From IMG/VR virus record IMGVR_UViG_3300029224_000129, positions 1 through 44,301 of that record: a stretch of DNA of 44,301 nucleotides. One strand, written 5' to 3'. A program made the translations under genes and the position numbers. A model generated the notes under the pieces. That model did no database searches. It saw nothing but the letters and a program-made list of their open reading frames with translations, and was not told where the DNA came from. Shown piece after piece: positions 26,221 through 34,082 of this stretch. The DNA comes from a virus (Duplodnaviria > Caudoviricetes). Each line of letters begins with the position of its first letter. The stretch's first letter is position 1.

Positions 26221-26609
26221 AATGCATCCCATTCAATGACCACGCCTTCAAACGGCAAACCGTGGGCTTTTTGAAACCAATCTGACATAGCTTCAAAACT
26301 GTCAAAGCCATCGGCCTCGGCAAATTCATTGTCCGTTTGTTCAAGTTGGTCACGGTGAAAGATGGAGTTTGGCAAAAGGTTGCCATCCAAAAACATACTG
26401 GTCTGGGTGATTTTGACAGACCGAACAGCCGTAACTTTGACCTCATCCAGAAGACGACAAGATTTGTGCATCATCCCCGTGTAAAGCTTAAGCGTATCGC
26501 CAACTTTACAATGCGGACGATTGTCTTTGCGATGAGCGCGAACCGTCTGTTTCTTTTCCCCACTCTCAACAGCTTCAACAAATTGTTTCATAAAATTTAG
26601 AGCTGGCAT
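26217..26609 (-). CDS. ASCH domain protein
   Basis: F...V.SGEKKQTVR, KVGD.L.LYTG, FA.ADGF motifs. Confidence 0.85.
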   Translation of the reverse strand: MPALNFMKQFVEAVESGEKKQTVRAHRKDNRPHCKVGDTLKLYTGMMHKSCRLLDEVKVTAVRSVKITQTSMFLDGNLLPNSIFHRDQLEQTDNEFAEADGFDSFEAMSDWFQKAHGLPFEGVVIEWDAL

Positions 26610-26622
26610 CGTTCAAATCCTC

Positions 26623-26808
26623 TTAATCGTCACATGGTAATGCGCGAAGATTACCGTGTGATTTATCCAGTTTTAAAGCGACGATGTTGATGGCGTCTTT
26701 TCTTGTTTCAGCTTCGACTTCATCGAGTTTGTTGCAATGAGGGCGCATTTTAATTCCGCCCACTAATGGTCTAAATTCGACCTCGTAAACTGTGAAAAGC
26801 ATGTTCAA
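26623..26808 (-). CDS. Hypothetical protein
   Basis: Short ORF with AGGA upstream, co-oriented. Confidence 0.5.
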   Translation of the reverse strand: MNMLFTVYEVEFRPLVGGIKMRPHCNKLDEVEAETRKDAINIVALKLDKSHGNLRALPCDD

Positions 26809-26818
26809 ATCCTAAGGA

Positions 26819-27058
26819 TCATTTCTTTGTTGGCGGTGGCGGCGGTGTTTTTCCGGAGCATTCTGCCTTTGTGGGGTTTACCTGATAACGTCCTGTTTTT
26901 GCGCCGTCACTAACGAACGCTGGTAAGGCCAGTGCGGCCTTAATGTCTGGGTCGTTCTCGCGGGCATTTCTAGATAAGAGCGCTTTGGACTTGAGGCTGT
27001 TCTTCGCACCCGACCGCGCCGCGTGGTAGCCTGTTGTTATGCTTTCATGCGTTTTCAT
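26819..27058 (-). CDS. Hypothetical protein
   Basis: Short ORF with GAGG upstream, co-oriented. Confidence 0.5.
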   Translation of the reverse strand: MKTHESITTGYHAARSGAKNSLKSKALLSRNARENDPDIKAALALPAFVSDGAKTGRYQVNPTKAECSGKTPPPPPTKK

Positions 27059-27085
27059 TTGCTCAAATCCTCGTTATCGCGCCGC

Positions 27086-27706
27086 CTATTTGCGGTCGCT
27101 CAATTTCTGTTCCAGTTTTGCCACTGCCATGATTGTTGGTTTAATCTCAGGCTGGGCGGTGTCGTAATTGCGGCCCCAACGGTTATTCAGGCGCGGCAAC
27201 ATCGATCGCGATATGAGTTCCCAATTTGATAGGGCGGTGTTGGTTTTGTCGCCATCAAGGCACTTCAGGCACATGCCATCGGGAATGGGCCCGTTTTCTT
27301 TTTCCCAAATATGGCGGTGTTTATGAACATATCGACGACCATAACCCGTGTGCGGATTGGTTTCATTTACGCTGATTTCAACATACCCACCCTTTGTTAT
27401 GTTTTCGTGGCCAGCGTGTTTTGTATTGTGTGGGCTTTGGCCCTTTTTAAATTGCGTGGCGGCTGAATTGGCGTTGAAGGGCATTTTCTTTCCCTTGTTG
27501 TCCGGCACATGTCCTGACGAGAAGCATCCAGTACGCCCCGTTTTCCAGCCTTTTCGCTTGCACAGAGCGCGGTAATTTGTAAACGACACGTCTTGACGAT
27601 TAAACTTGTCCAGGAACAGGTCGTAAGCTTTTCTTTGTGGAAGTGATTTATGCTTTTCAATCCACGCAAGTTCATCGGCGCCGTAATTTATCTTAAGGCC
27701 TTTCAT
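27086..27706 (-). CDS. HNH endonuclease (HNH_3-type)
   Basis: P.NKGKK, QFKKG..PHN, HRHIWE..NGPIP, DGDKTN...SNW motifs; ATGA coupling. Confidence 0.85.
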   Translation of the reverse strand: MKGLKINYGADELAWIEKHKSLPQRKAYDLFLDKFNRQDVSFTNYRALCKRKGWKTGRTGCFSSGHVPDNKGKKMPFNANSAATQFKKGQSPHNTKHAGHENITKGGYVEISVNETNPHTGYGRRYVHKHRHIWEKENGPIPDGMCLKCLDGDKTNTALSNWELISRSMLPRLNNRWGRNYDTAQPEIKPTIMAVAKLEQKLSDRK

Positions 27707-27981
27707 GGCGTCTTCTTCCCCGCATAGTCCTCTTTCTCGTATCCGGTGGGCGGGGCTTCCAACATGGGCAAGTTCGGAATGAGGTGATTGCCATGTTCGG
27801 CTATAACCTTGCACGCTGATAAGGCAAGGTTGCCGTTGCTGATAACTTTATCAGCAACCTTTACGATGGCTTCGGTGCGAGCGACTTCTTTTTCGATCTC
27901 TTCCGCTGATAAATCCTCTTTGGAAAGCCGGTTCATCTGCGCAAACAGATGATCGTTAAGTTCGGCGAATTTGTTTGACAT
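27703..27981 (-). CDS. Phage protein coupled to the HNH gene
   Basis: N...LNDHLF.Q..RL....L.....E..R..A...A..I.N pattern. Confidence 0.7.
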   Translation of the reverse strand: MSNKFAELNDHLFAQMNRLSKEDLSAEEIEKEVARTEAIVKVADKVISNGNLALSACKVIAEHGNHLIPNLPMLEAPPTGYEKEDYAGKKTP

Positions 27982-28040
27982 CTTCGTTTCTCCATCCGTT
28001 TACAGCCCTGCCATAAGTTGGCGTCATAGGGGCATGTTGA

Positions 28041-28484
28041 TTATCCAAGGTCTGTGATCGACCCCGGATGTGAATTGTCGTCTTTGTCCGTTTGTGCGGT
28101 TTGGGACGTATTCGCACGTCCGGGGCATTCCCCAAGGATCATGTCAGCACGGGCGATGTAGCCTTGATAAATCTTTGGCTGGTTTGCTTTGGCATCTTCC
28201 CAAAGACGGTTGCTTTCAGGCATTCGGGCCGGGCGTTCCTGCGCGATATGACACTGAAATTGCCACTTGGCGAACTCTTCAGTTGTTGGTTCGTCAACAT
28301 CATTAAAACAATCAATCACACTTGCCAGATGTCCGAGTGAGGCCAGTTGATTTCCGTCGCGATGTGCTTCGAAAAGGGCAATTTGGAGGGGCCCCGGTAT
28401 GTCTTTAAAACACGTCGGGCAAGCGGCCTCTTGGTTAGAAATGATTTCGGTGCAATCGGGCATAATGCATGCATTCACGGACAT
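28041..28484 (-). CDS. Hypothetical protein with N-terminal Cys cluster
   Basis: CIMPDC...CPTC; AAGGAG RBS. Confidence 0.6.
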   Translation of the reverse strand: MSVNACIMPDCTEIISNQEAACPTCFKDIPGPLQIALFEAHRDGNQLASLGHLASVIDCFNDVDEPTTEEFAKWQFQCHIAQERPARMPESNRLWEDAKANQPKIYQGYIARADMILGECPGRANTSQTAQTDKDDNSHPGSITDLG

Positions 28485-28500
28485 GATTTTTCTCCTTATT

Positions 28501-29130
28501 TTAGGTGTTTTGGGCGGACGTAACCGTGCCGTGTCCTAAGCATTCACTACAAATGCCCGGTGCGGCTTCGTTTGGGTTTTCTGGAAAGTCACCCTCAAAA
28601 CCTCCGGCACCGTTGCAATTGGTGCATTCAATTTCTTGGGGTTGTGGCTTCATAAAAACAAGCCAGTGTGTAAGGCTCTTGCGCCCGGATAAATGTCCGA
28701 ACAGTGGCCGCATGGGTGCTAAGTCCAGAACCTCCCGGACCTTGATTTGTGTTTCGTTCCATTTGAAAACCAGAGTTCCGTCTGGGTGTAGGACCCGGAA
28801 GCATTCTTTGAACCCTTGGCGCAGATCGTCTCGCCAGTCGTCTGAAAGCTTTCCGTACTTGGCGGCTAACCAGCTTTTTGGGCCAGCCCTGACAAGGTGC
28901 GGTGGGTCAAATGCAACCAGATTAAAGACGCCATCATCAAAGGGAAGGTTGCGAAAATCCATCTCCATATCAGGCTCAATATTTAGGGTGCGTGTACCCT
29001 TGGTATTGCCGTGCGAACGGTCCGTAACGGTGATGGTTTCGGTTCTGATATCCCCAAAAATCACGTCAGGATTGGCCTTATCATCCCACATCATACGGGT
29101 GCCAGAAGCTGGATCTAAAACACGCCTCAT
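28501..29130 (-). CDS. Class I SAM-dependent (probably DNA amino-) methyltransferase with C-terminal CxxCxGxG zinc finger
   Basis: VLDPASGTRMMW, FDPPH, ECFRVL..GTL.FKW; CTNCNGAGG...CSECLGHG. Confidence 0.85.
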   Translation of the reverse strand: MRRVLDPASGTRMMWDDKANPDVIFGDIRTETITVTDRSHGNTKGTRTLNIEPDMEMDFRNLPFDDGVFNLVAFDPPHLVRAGPKSWLAAKYGKLSDDWRDDLRQGFKECFRVLHPDGTLVFKWNETQIKVREVLDLAPMRPLFGHLSGRKSLTHWLVFMKPQPQEIECTNCNGAGGFEGDFPENPNEAAPGICSECLGHGTVTSAQNT

Positions 29131-29318
29131 TTGTCGGATACCTCCGGGGACGTTTTCGAACTAGAAACTGCTCCACCGCCTGAAGTCCGAAAACTTCCTT
29201 TGACTAATTTTGAGCTTCTCAACACGGCGGCCGTGCGTCGAAGTGCGCGCCGAACAATGGGATCGGTTTCTTCGTCCGCGCGGATTTGTAATTCAGCGGC
29301 GGTTTTGGGGTCTGTCAT
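29127..29318 (-). CDS. Hypothetical protein
   Basis: Stop/start overlaps on both sides. Confidence 0.6.
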   Translation of the reverse strand: MTDPKTAAELQIRADEETDPIVRRALRRTAAVLRSSKLVKGSFRTSGGGAVSSSKTSPEVSDK

Positions 29319-29983
29319 GATGCGGCCCTCACTTCGAATTTATCGACTTCGTTGCCCCATACGGTCCAGCGGGGATAGCGTTGGCGGGCGAACAGTTCGA
29401 CATAGGGGCCTTCGAACATGGTCTCCATGCACTCGTACTGTTCATCGGGTTTTCTTGAATGGGTATCGCGTGGGGCCCGAAGACAACTCAATGGCATGAC
29501 TTCAATGAAATCACGAACCGAGCGCACGCCTTTGGGGGCTTCGATGCCCAACAAAGGCAAGTCAGCATTGGGCCTCATTTTGGGATTGCCGCGTGTGCAT
29601 AACAAACAAGGTTCAAGATTCTTGCGGGTGCCAAACCCTGTGCCGAAAGCATATTTTTTGGTCTCTGGATTGTATTTGATCCATTCCCACGCCAACCCGG
29701 CATACTTAAAGCCCATAGCCTCAACAATTGAATTCCAATGCGGCATCAAGGGCCATGTCACCCACAGAAACATCACGGCATTTTTGGCGGCTAAATGATC
29801 GACAGGGATTTGTTTGATTTCGTCGATAGACATGGTGTCATATTGGGCAGATGGGGCTTTGGTCTGGCCTTTTTCTGACCGGGTTTCAAAATCCCAAGGC
29901 GGATCAACAGACAACACCCGAAATCCTCCAGCCGGGCGGATCGCGGCGAAGTCCTTGAGTTGCTGGGTACGGAGATCGGACAT
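29315..29983 (-). CDS. MT-A70 family N6-adenine methyltransferase
   Basis: DPPW, Y.TMS...I, FLWVT, TRKN.E..L...RG, HSRKP, ELFAR...W..WGNE. Confidence 0.92.
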   Translation of the reverse strand: MSDLRTQQLKDFAAIRPAGGFRVLSVDPPWDFETRSEKGQTKAPSAQYDTMSIDEIKQIPVDHLAAKNAVMFLWVTWPLMPHWNSIVEAMGFKYAGLAWEWIKYNPETKKYAFGTGFGTRKNLEPCLLCTRGNPKMRPNADLPLLGIEAPKGVRSVRDFIEVMPLSCLRAPRDTHSRKPDEQYECMETMFEGPYVELFARQRYPRWTVWGNEVDKFEVRAAS

Positions 29984-30180
29984 CAGATTTCCGCTTCCGT
30001 AGAGCTTTTCTGAGGACGCTCAACACTTTGAAATGTCGGGTCCAAGAGCATGGTGGCGAGCTGTCGACGTTCCCAAGCCCTGAGGTCAATACTTACCGGA
30101 GTACCACCATGCTTAATGGTGATGGTCACCCCACAGTCAGCGTGATGGTCAATGTGAAAAGTCGCTTTTTCTAATTTCAT
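29983..30180 (-). CDS. Hypothetical protein
   Basis: Coupled to flanking genes. Confidence 0.55.
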   Translation of the reverse strand: MKLEKATFHIDHHADCGVTITIKHGGTPVSIDLRAWERRQLATMLLDPTFQSVERPQKSSTEAEI

Positions 30181-30296
30181 ATCTTTAAAATTCCTGTACT
30201 AAAACCGATCATAACGAATAGAAAAACAATAAATATCGCGCCAAATCCCACACAACAGGCCCCCAGCGAAATGCGTTTAAGGATTGCTCTGTTCAT
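30177..30296 (-). CDS. 39-aa single-TM protein (not in the ORF track)
   Basis: MNRAILKRISLGACCVGFGAIFIVFLFVMIGFSTGILKI*; GAGGG upstream; ATGA overlap at 30177-30180. Confidence 0.6.
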   Translation of the reverse strand: MNRAILKRISLGACCVGFGAIFIVFLFVMIGFSTGILKI

Positions 30297-30299
30297 CAC

Positions 30300-30584
30300 T
30301 TATCCCTCTTCTTCATGCCCGGCACCAAGGCCAGCGTTGGCGCGTTGGTGGGCGTTAATCAGATCAGATACTTCGCCGAGTGGGACGCCGCTTTCGCCAC
30401 AATTTGCTAAGGCCAATTTAAGGAGGTCGCGCGCATTGCCATCGGTTTGGCCCAGCTGAATACAGACCGCCGCGTGACGAACACTCCCCACGGCTTTCTT
30501 CACATCAGCGCCAAGCGCGCGACAAGGTTGGTTCACAATTACAGTCAATCCTAAAATGGCATCATTGATATTTTGGGTTGGCAT
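30300..30584 (-). CDS. Hypothetical protein
   Basis: AAGGAG RBS before ATG 30584. Confidence 0.6.
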   Translation of the reverse strand: MPTQNINDAILGLTVIVNQPCRALGADVKKAVGSVRHAAVCIQLGQTDGNARDLLKLALANCGESGVPLGEVSDLINAHQRANAGLGAGHEEEG

Positions 30585-30702
30585 AATGTGGTCTCCTTTT
30601 GACCGGGGTTGAAGCCCCAAGAACAACCGTCCAAATCGTTCTTGGGGCAATCTGCGGGGGCACCTTGGTTACTTGAGGGAGGGGCCTCTCCGCTGATATC
30701 GT

Positions 30703-31353
30703 CTAAACGTTTTTCTCTTCTTGAGTTGAAACAGGTTGTGCACTGGCGAGATCAATCGTGATGGCGGTCCATTTGTCGCGCGGGCTGGGGCGTTTGTAAA
30801 ACCGCACATATTCACGGGAGCCTTGAACCCGAATGGAGTCATTAAGGGCAGAGATCGCCGCAAGCCATTTTTCATCGTCGATGTTCACACGCCGCAAACC
30901 AAACAGGGCCGAGCGGTTGATCAGGCCTTTTTTGTCGACCTGAAAGGCATGGTCGACCAGAGCATGGATGTTATCGTCCGCCCCTTTCGACCATTCTCTA
31001 ATACATTCATCAAACAGTGATTTCGCAATTTGTAATTCGGGACCAAAGTCCAGATAGTCTTGAACTTGAACCACCACTTTTTGACATCCATCATATGATG
31101 TTAGGGTGACATTGCCCTTTGCCCCGCCTTTTTTGGCATCGTATTTTTCTGCCAAAATATCCATGAATGTGTCTACATCGTTAGAGGTATACCCCCGAAA
31201 CCGTGCAATCTGTTTATGCAAATCTTCGGCATGTGCAACCAAGCCTTTCACGGTCTGATCTTCAAGAAAGTCTTTCTCTTTCACGTGACTGATACGAACC
31301 AAACGGTCCTTGCTGTCTTTCATGTAACCTTCGGGTACGTCATTCATCGTCAT
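30703..31353 (-). CDS. DUF3164 family protein (Gam-like position)
   Basis: Y..D.K.RLV, GG.KGNVTL.SYDG, FGPELQ.AK.L.DEC, AF.VDK.G, YVRFY.R. Confidence 0.9.
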   Translation of the reverse strand: MTMNDVPEGYMKDSKDRLVRISHVKEKDFLEDQTVKGLVAHAEDLHKQIARFRGYTSNDVDTFMDILAEKYDAKKGGAKGNVTLTSYDGCQKVVVQVQDYLDFGPELQIAKSLFDECIREWSKGADDNIHALVDHAFQVDKKGLINRSALFGLRRVNIDDEKWLAAISALNDSIRVQGSREYVRFYKRPSPRDKWTAITIDLASAQPVSTQEEKNV

Positions 31354-31360
31354 CGTCCTT

Positions 31361-31684
31361 TTAATGTTGGGGTGTGGGTATTTCACGGATCAACGTCCGC
31401 ACATAAATCAAGCGTTTTACGCAGTCTTCTGGGATTAGGTCTTTGGTGTTATACGCAGACCAATCCGCCCTGCTGATCAGGCTTGCGACAATCAACCTTG
31501 CGATTGATCGATTGGTCAAACTTGGAAAGAATTCATCACCCGTGGCACAGTGAGCGATTGCATAACCTTCCAATCCATTGTCGGTGATAATGAATGGGCC
31601 CATTAATTCGATATTTCTCATTTGCCGACCATCTTCGGTCGTGACCTCGACCCGAGCTTGGAGTGGGATAGCTAAGTCGTTCAT
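31361..31684 (-). CDS. Hypothetical protein
   Basis: GGAGG RBS, ATGA coupling. Confidence 0.6.
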   Translation of the reverse strand: MNDLAIPLQARVEVTTEDGRQMRNIELMGPFIITDNGLEGYAIAHCATGDEFFPSLTNRSIARLIVASLISRADWSAYNTKDLIPEDCVKRLIYVRTLIREIPTPQH

Positions 31685-31806
31685 TTCAGGCCCTCCGACC
31701 GATGGCTTCTAAACAGGTTTTGAAGGGCCTTAAAAGGGCATTCAAACAGGCTTAAAAGTGGTCTGATAACGCGGTTGATAAAACGTGTGCGGGTAAGGTG
31801 TTTCAT
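31681..31806 (-). CDS. Small hypothetical protein
   Basis: ATGA overlaps at both ends (MKHLTR..). Confidence 0.5.
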   Translation of the reverse strand: MKHLTRTRFINRVIRPLLSLFECPFKALQNLFRSHRSEGLK

Positions 31807-32039
31807 ATTTTGCGCCCCACATTGATCACACGGCATTCGACATAAATGGCTTGTAGCGCATCTTCCCAAGTTGGCTCTGGCATGCCACCACAGAAACCAT
31901 GATGTTGAAGGATGGCGGCGCGAGGCGTAACACCAGCCCTTGCCAGTTCCATGGCTTTAGAAACGGCCTGCGCACAACTGCTGTTGTTGATTTGCTCAAG
32001 GGCTGTGAAATCATGAGGCTTCAAAAGGGTAATGCTCAT
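31803..32039 (-). CDS. Hypothetical protein
   Basis: ATGA coupling in the early operon. Confidence 0.55.
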   Translation of the reverse strand: MSITLLKPHDFTALEQINNSSCAQAVSKAMELARAGVTPRAAILQHHGFCGGMPEPTWEDALQAIYVECRVINVGRKI

Positions 32040-32299
32040 GCCGCATCCCCCCCACCGGGCTTGCCATAAGTTGCCCCAATTTGACGGGATTTTATTTTTA
32101 TGCGGACAACATTCTTGGGCAGATCATCTGTCCGTTGATTGGCCAACGGCAAGGTCATAGCCTCCAACGCTTTCGCATCAGCAGCTGCTGTTTCAATGAT
32201 TGCGCAAATTCTAAAGACAGCTATGGCCTCCATCTTCACCCCCGTTTCGCTGTATTGACCAAGACGATCCGCAAGGGCTTGTAAGTTTTCTGACAACAT
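32036..32299 (-). CDS. Hypothetical protein
   Basis: GGAGG RBS; co-oriented. Confidence 0.65.
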   Translation of the reverse strand: MLSENLQALADRLGQYSETGVKMEAIAVFRICAIIETAAADAKALEAMTLPLANQRTDDLPKNVVRIKIKSRQIGATYGKPGGGDAA

Positions 32300-32302
32300 G
32301 AC

Positions 32303-32683
32303 TTATCCTCCGATCCGTGAAATTGAACATTTTCGGCAAGCACTTTCCATACGAACGCGATGGCTATTTGTGCGGTTTTTGTTTTTGGCGTGGGCTTGAT
32401 GTTCAAGGCAGGCCGCCAAAGGGATGTCGTCGTTGACGGGGCAACGAACTGTCGCGGCCATAAACTCACCCTCAACCCGTTTTTGAAGCAGTTCCATATC
32501 GCCGCTGTACTTGTTCGCAAGCGCTGTGCTGACCACAGACCCACTGGTAAAACCCAAACGCTCGCCGACAATCCGCTGTGAAGTGGCATCGCATTCTTGA
32601 GCTAAGACCAAAACCCATGAAGGGCAGTCGTCGGCCCACGCGGCTGTGGCTTTTTCAACATTTGTGCGTTCATCATTGCTCAT
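32303..32683 (-). CDS. HTH regulator-like protein with C-terminal Cys motifs (Mu-like early gene)
   Basis: AW....P.WV..LA..C..TSQ..V..RLG...VS......Y.GD, V.CP, C..C. Confidence 0.75.
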   Translation of the reverse strand: MSNDERTNVEKATAAWADDCPSWVLVLAQECDATSQRIVGERLGFTSGSVVSTALANKYSGDMELLQKRVEGEFMAATVRCPVNDDIPLAACLEHQAHAKNKNRTNSHRVRMESACRKCSISRIGG

Positions 32684-33285
32684 TCGACACCGCCTTTCGG
32701 CCACACAACGGTTTGAGTGTTCGGGTCAAAAACTTGATGGGTACGTTGAATTTGTGGAGCCAAAGGCCCCGGATTTTGGGAATTTACAAAACTATAACTT
32801 CTGGGCTTTTGTTTTTTGTTTTCACGCACGTATCCGGCCTTGACCAAATACTGCACATAAGTTTGCGCTGTGGTTTCTCTGATAGGTGCTTTTTCAGTCC
32901 CCGCAACCAACACAAGATCACCAATTGTAAACGGGCTTAAGTTTTTGATTGTGCGCCACATCGCCTCGGTGCCAAGGCCTTTGGTTATTAAGCTACCATC
33001 ACGGCGAACGCGCGGGGTCTCGGCACCGTGGCCTTTGTAAAGACAATACACAGATGCATTGAATTTTTTCGTCGGAGCACACAAGCCTAAGATTTTGGCC
33101 GCAACAAGGCTGGCCATATAATCTTTGATCGTTTCAATATTGATTTCATGTTTGCATTCGTCATACACCTCGCGGGTCGTAAAGCGAGCATCACGTTTGC
33201 CAAGTTTGCGGATCGCCTTCCAAATATCGTCGCGACCATACGGTTTTTTCGATTTAGCGATTTCTTCGACTGATTTCCTTCCCAT
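32680..33285 (-). CDS. Tandem winged-helix protein downstream of MuB
   Basis: IW..IR, Y...L..AG, PRVR.DG, MW......F, GP.APQIQR...VFDPN. Confidence 0.8.
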   Translation of the reverse strand: MGRKSVEEIAKSKKPYGRDDIWKAIRKLGKRDARFTTREVYDECKHEINIETIKDYMASLVAAKILGLCAPTKKFNASVYCLYKGHGAETPRVRRDGSLITKGLGTEAMWRTIKNLSPFTIGDLVLVAGTEKAPIRETTAQTYVQYLVKAGYVRENKKQKPRSYSFVNSQNPGPLAPQIQRTHQVFDPNTQTVVWPKGGVE

Positions 33286-34019
33286 CACACGTCCTCCGCA
33301 GGATTCCAAACATCCAGCGTGATGTTAGTTTCCCCCGCCAACGCGGCGACTTCGCGCAACTCGTACAGCTTTACAGACACACGTCTGGCGCTACCGTTTG
33401 TGTTGGTACTTAATCGTTTAATGACGTCTGAATTTAATTTCAGGTCTGGGCAAATGATCTCGACCAATGCCTTGACATCGTCAATGTCGGGGGCTTGTGC
33501 CTTAACAAAACTCAATATACGGCTGGCAATGCGTTCATGTTTATTTAAGGCGGTGAATAAATTTAACTCGCCAATAAAGATGATGCTGGTCCCAGCCGCA
33601 GCGCATCCTTTGGAAATATCACGCACGATTTCGATCATGCCTTTCTTTTCCAAAAAATCAGCTTCATCAATAAACAAAGGCCGACCTGGATGATCCGCTA
33701 AGAAATCACCAATCTCATCTACGGCCTCTGAAATTGTCTTCTTCATGCTGGTCCGTGGTGCCAATAGGCCAAGCTCAACCATGATGGCTTCGCAAAATGC
33801 CTTCCTTGCCCAAACGGATTTACATTCAACGTAATACGCCCGAAAGACATTTGCTGCATGGGTTGCCGCGATGCTTTTACCTAATCCGGCCTGACCATAA
33901 AAAAGGCCAAAAGGTGGTAATTCCGGTTCTCGGTTTTGTAATTTTTCAACCAATTCAAGGAAGAGCGCCACGTTTTTCAATGGTGCAATGGTCTTGACGG
34001 GTGGCGGTGATAGTGTCAT
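33285..34019 (-). CDS. MuB-like AAA+ ATPase
   Basis: Walker A GQAGLGKS, Walker B LFIDEAD; follows MuA. Confidence 0.93.
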   Translation of the reverse strand: MTLSPPPVKTIAPLKNVALFLELVEKLQNREPELPPFGLFYGQAGLGKSIAATHAANVFRAYYVECKSVWARKAFCEAIMVELGLLAPRTSMKKTISEAVDEIGDFLADHPGRPLFIDEADFLEKKGMIEIVRDISKGCAAAGTSIIFIGELNLFTALNKHERIASRILSFVKAQAPDIDDVKALVEIICPDLKLNSDVIKRLSTNTNGSARRVSVKLYELREVAALAGETNITLDVWNPAEDV

Positions 34020-34039
34020 TTTATCCTCACTTAGTTTTG

Positions 34040-34077
34040 AAAACGTCCGTCCTTGCTCAACACTTGGCGGGCGTTTT
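34040..34077. terminator. Hairpin between A and B
   Basis: AAAACGTCCGTC...GGCGGGCGTTTT inverted repeat with T/A tracts. Confidence 0.45.
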
Positions 34078-34082
34078 TCTTT

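Noticed and set aside
28505-29164. 219-aa plus-strand ORF
   Set aside because: Antisense shadow of the methyltransferase gene
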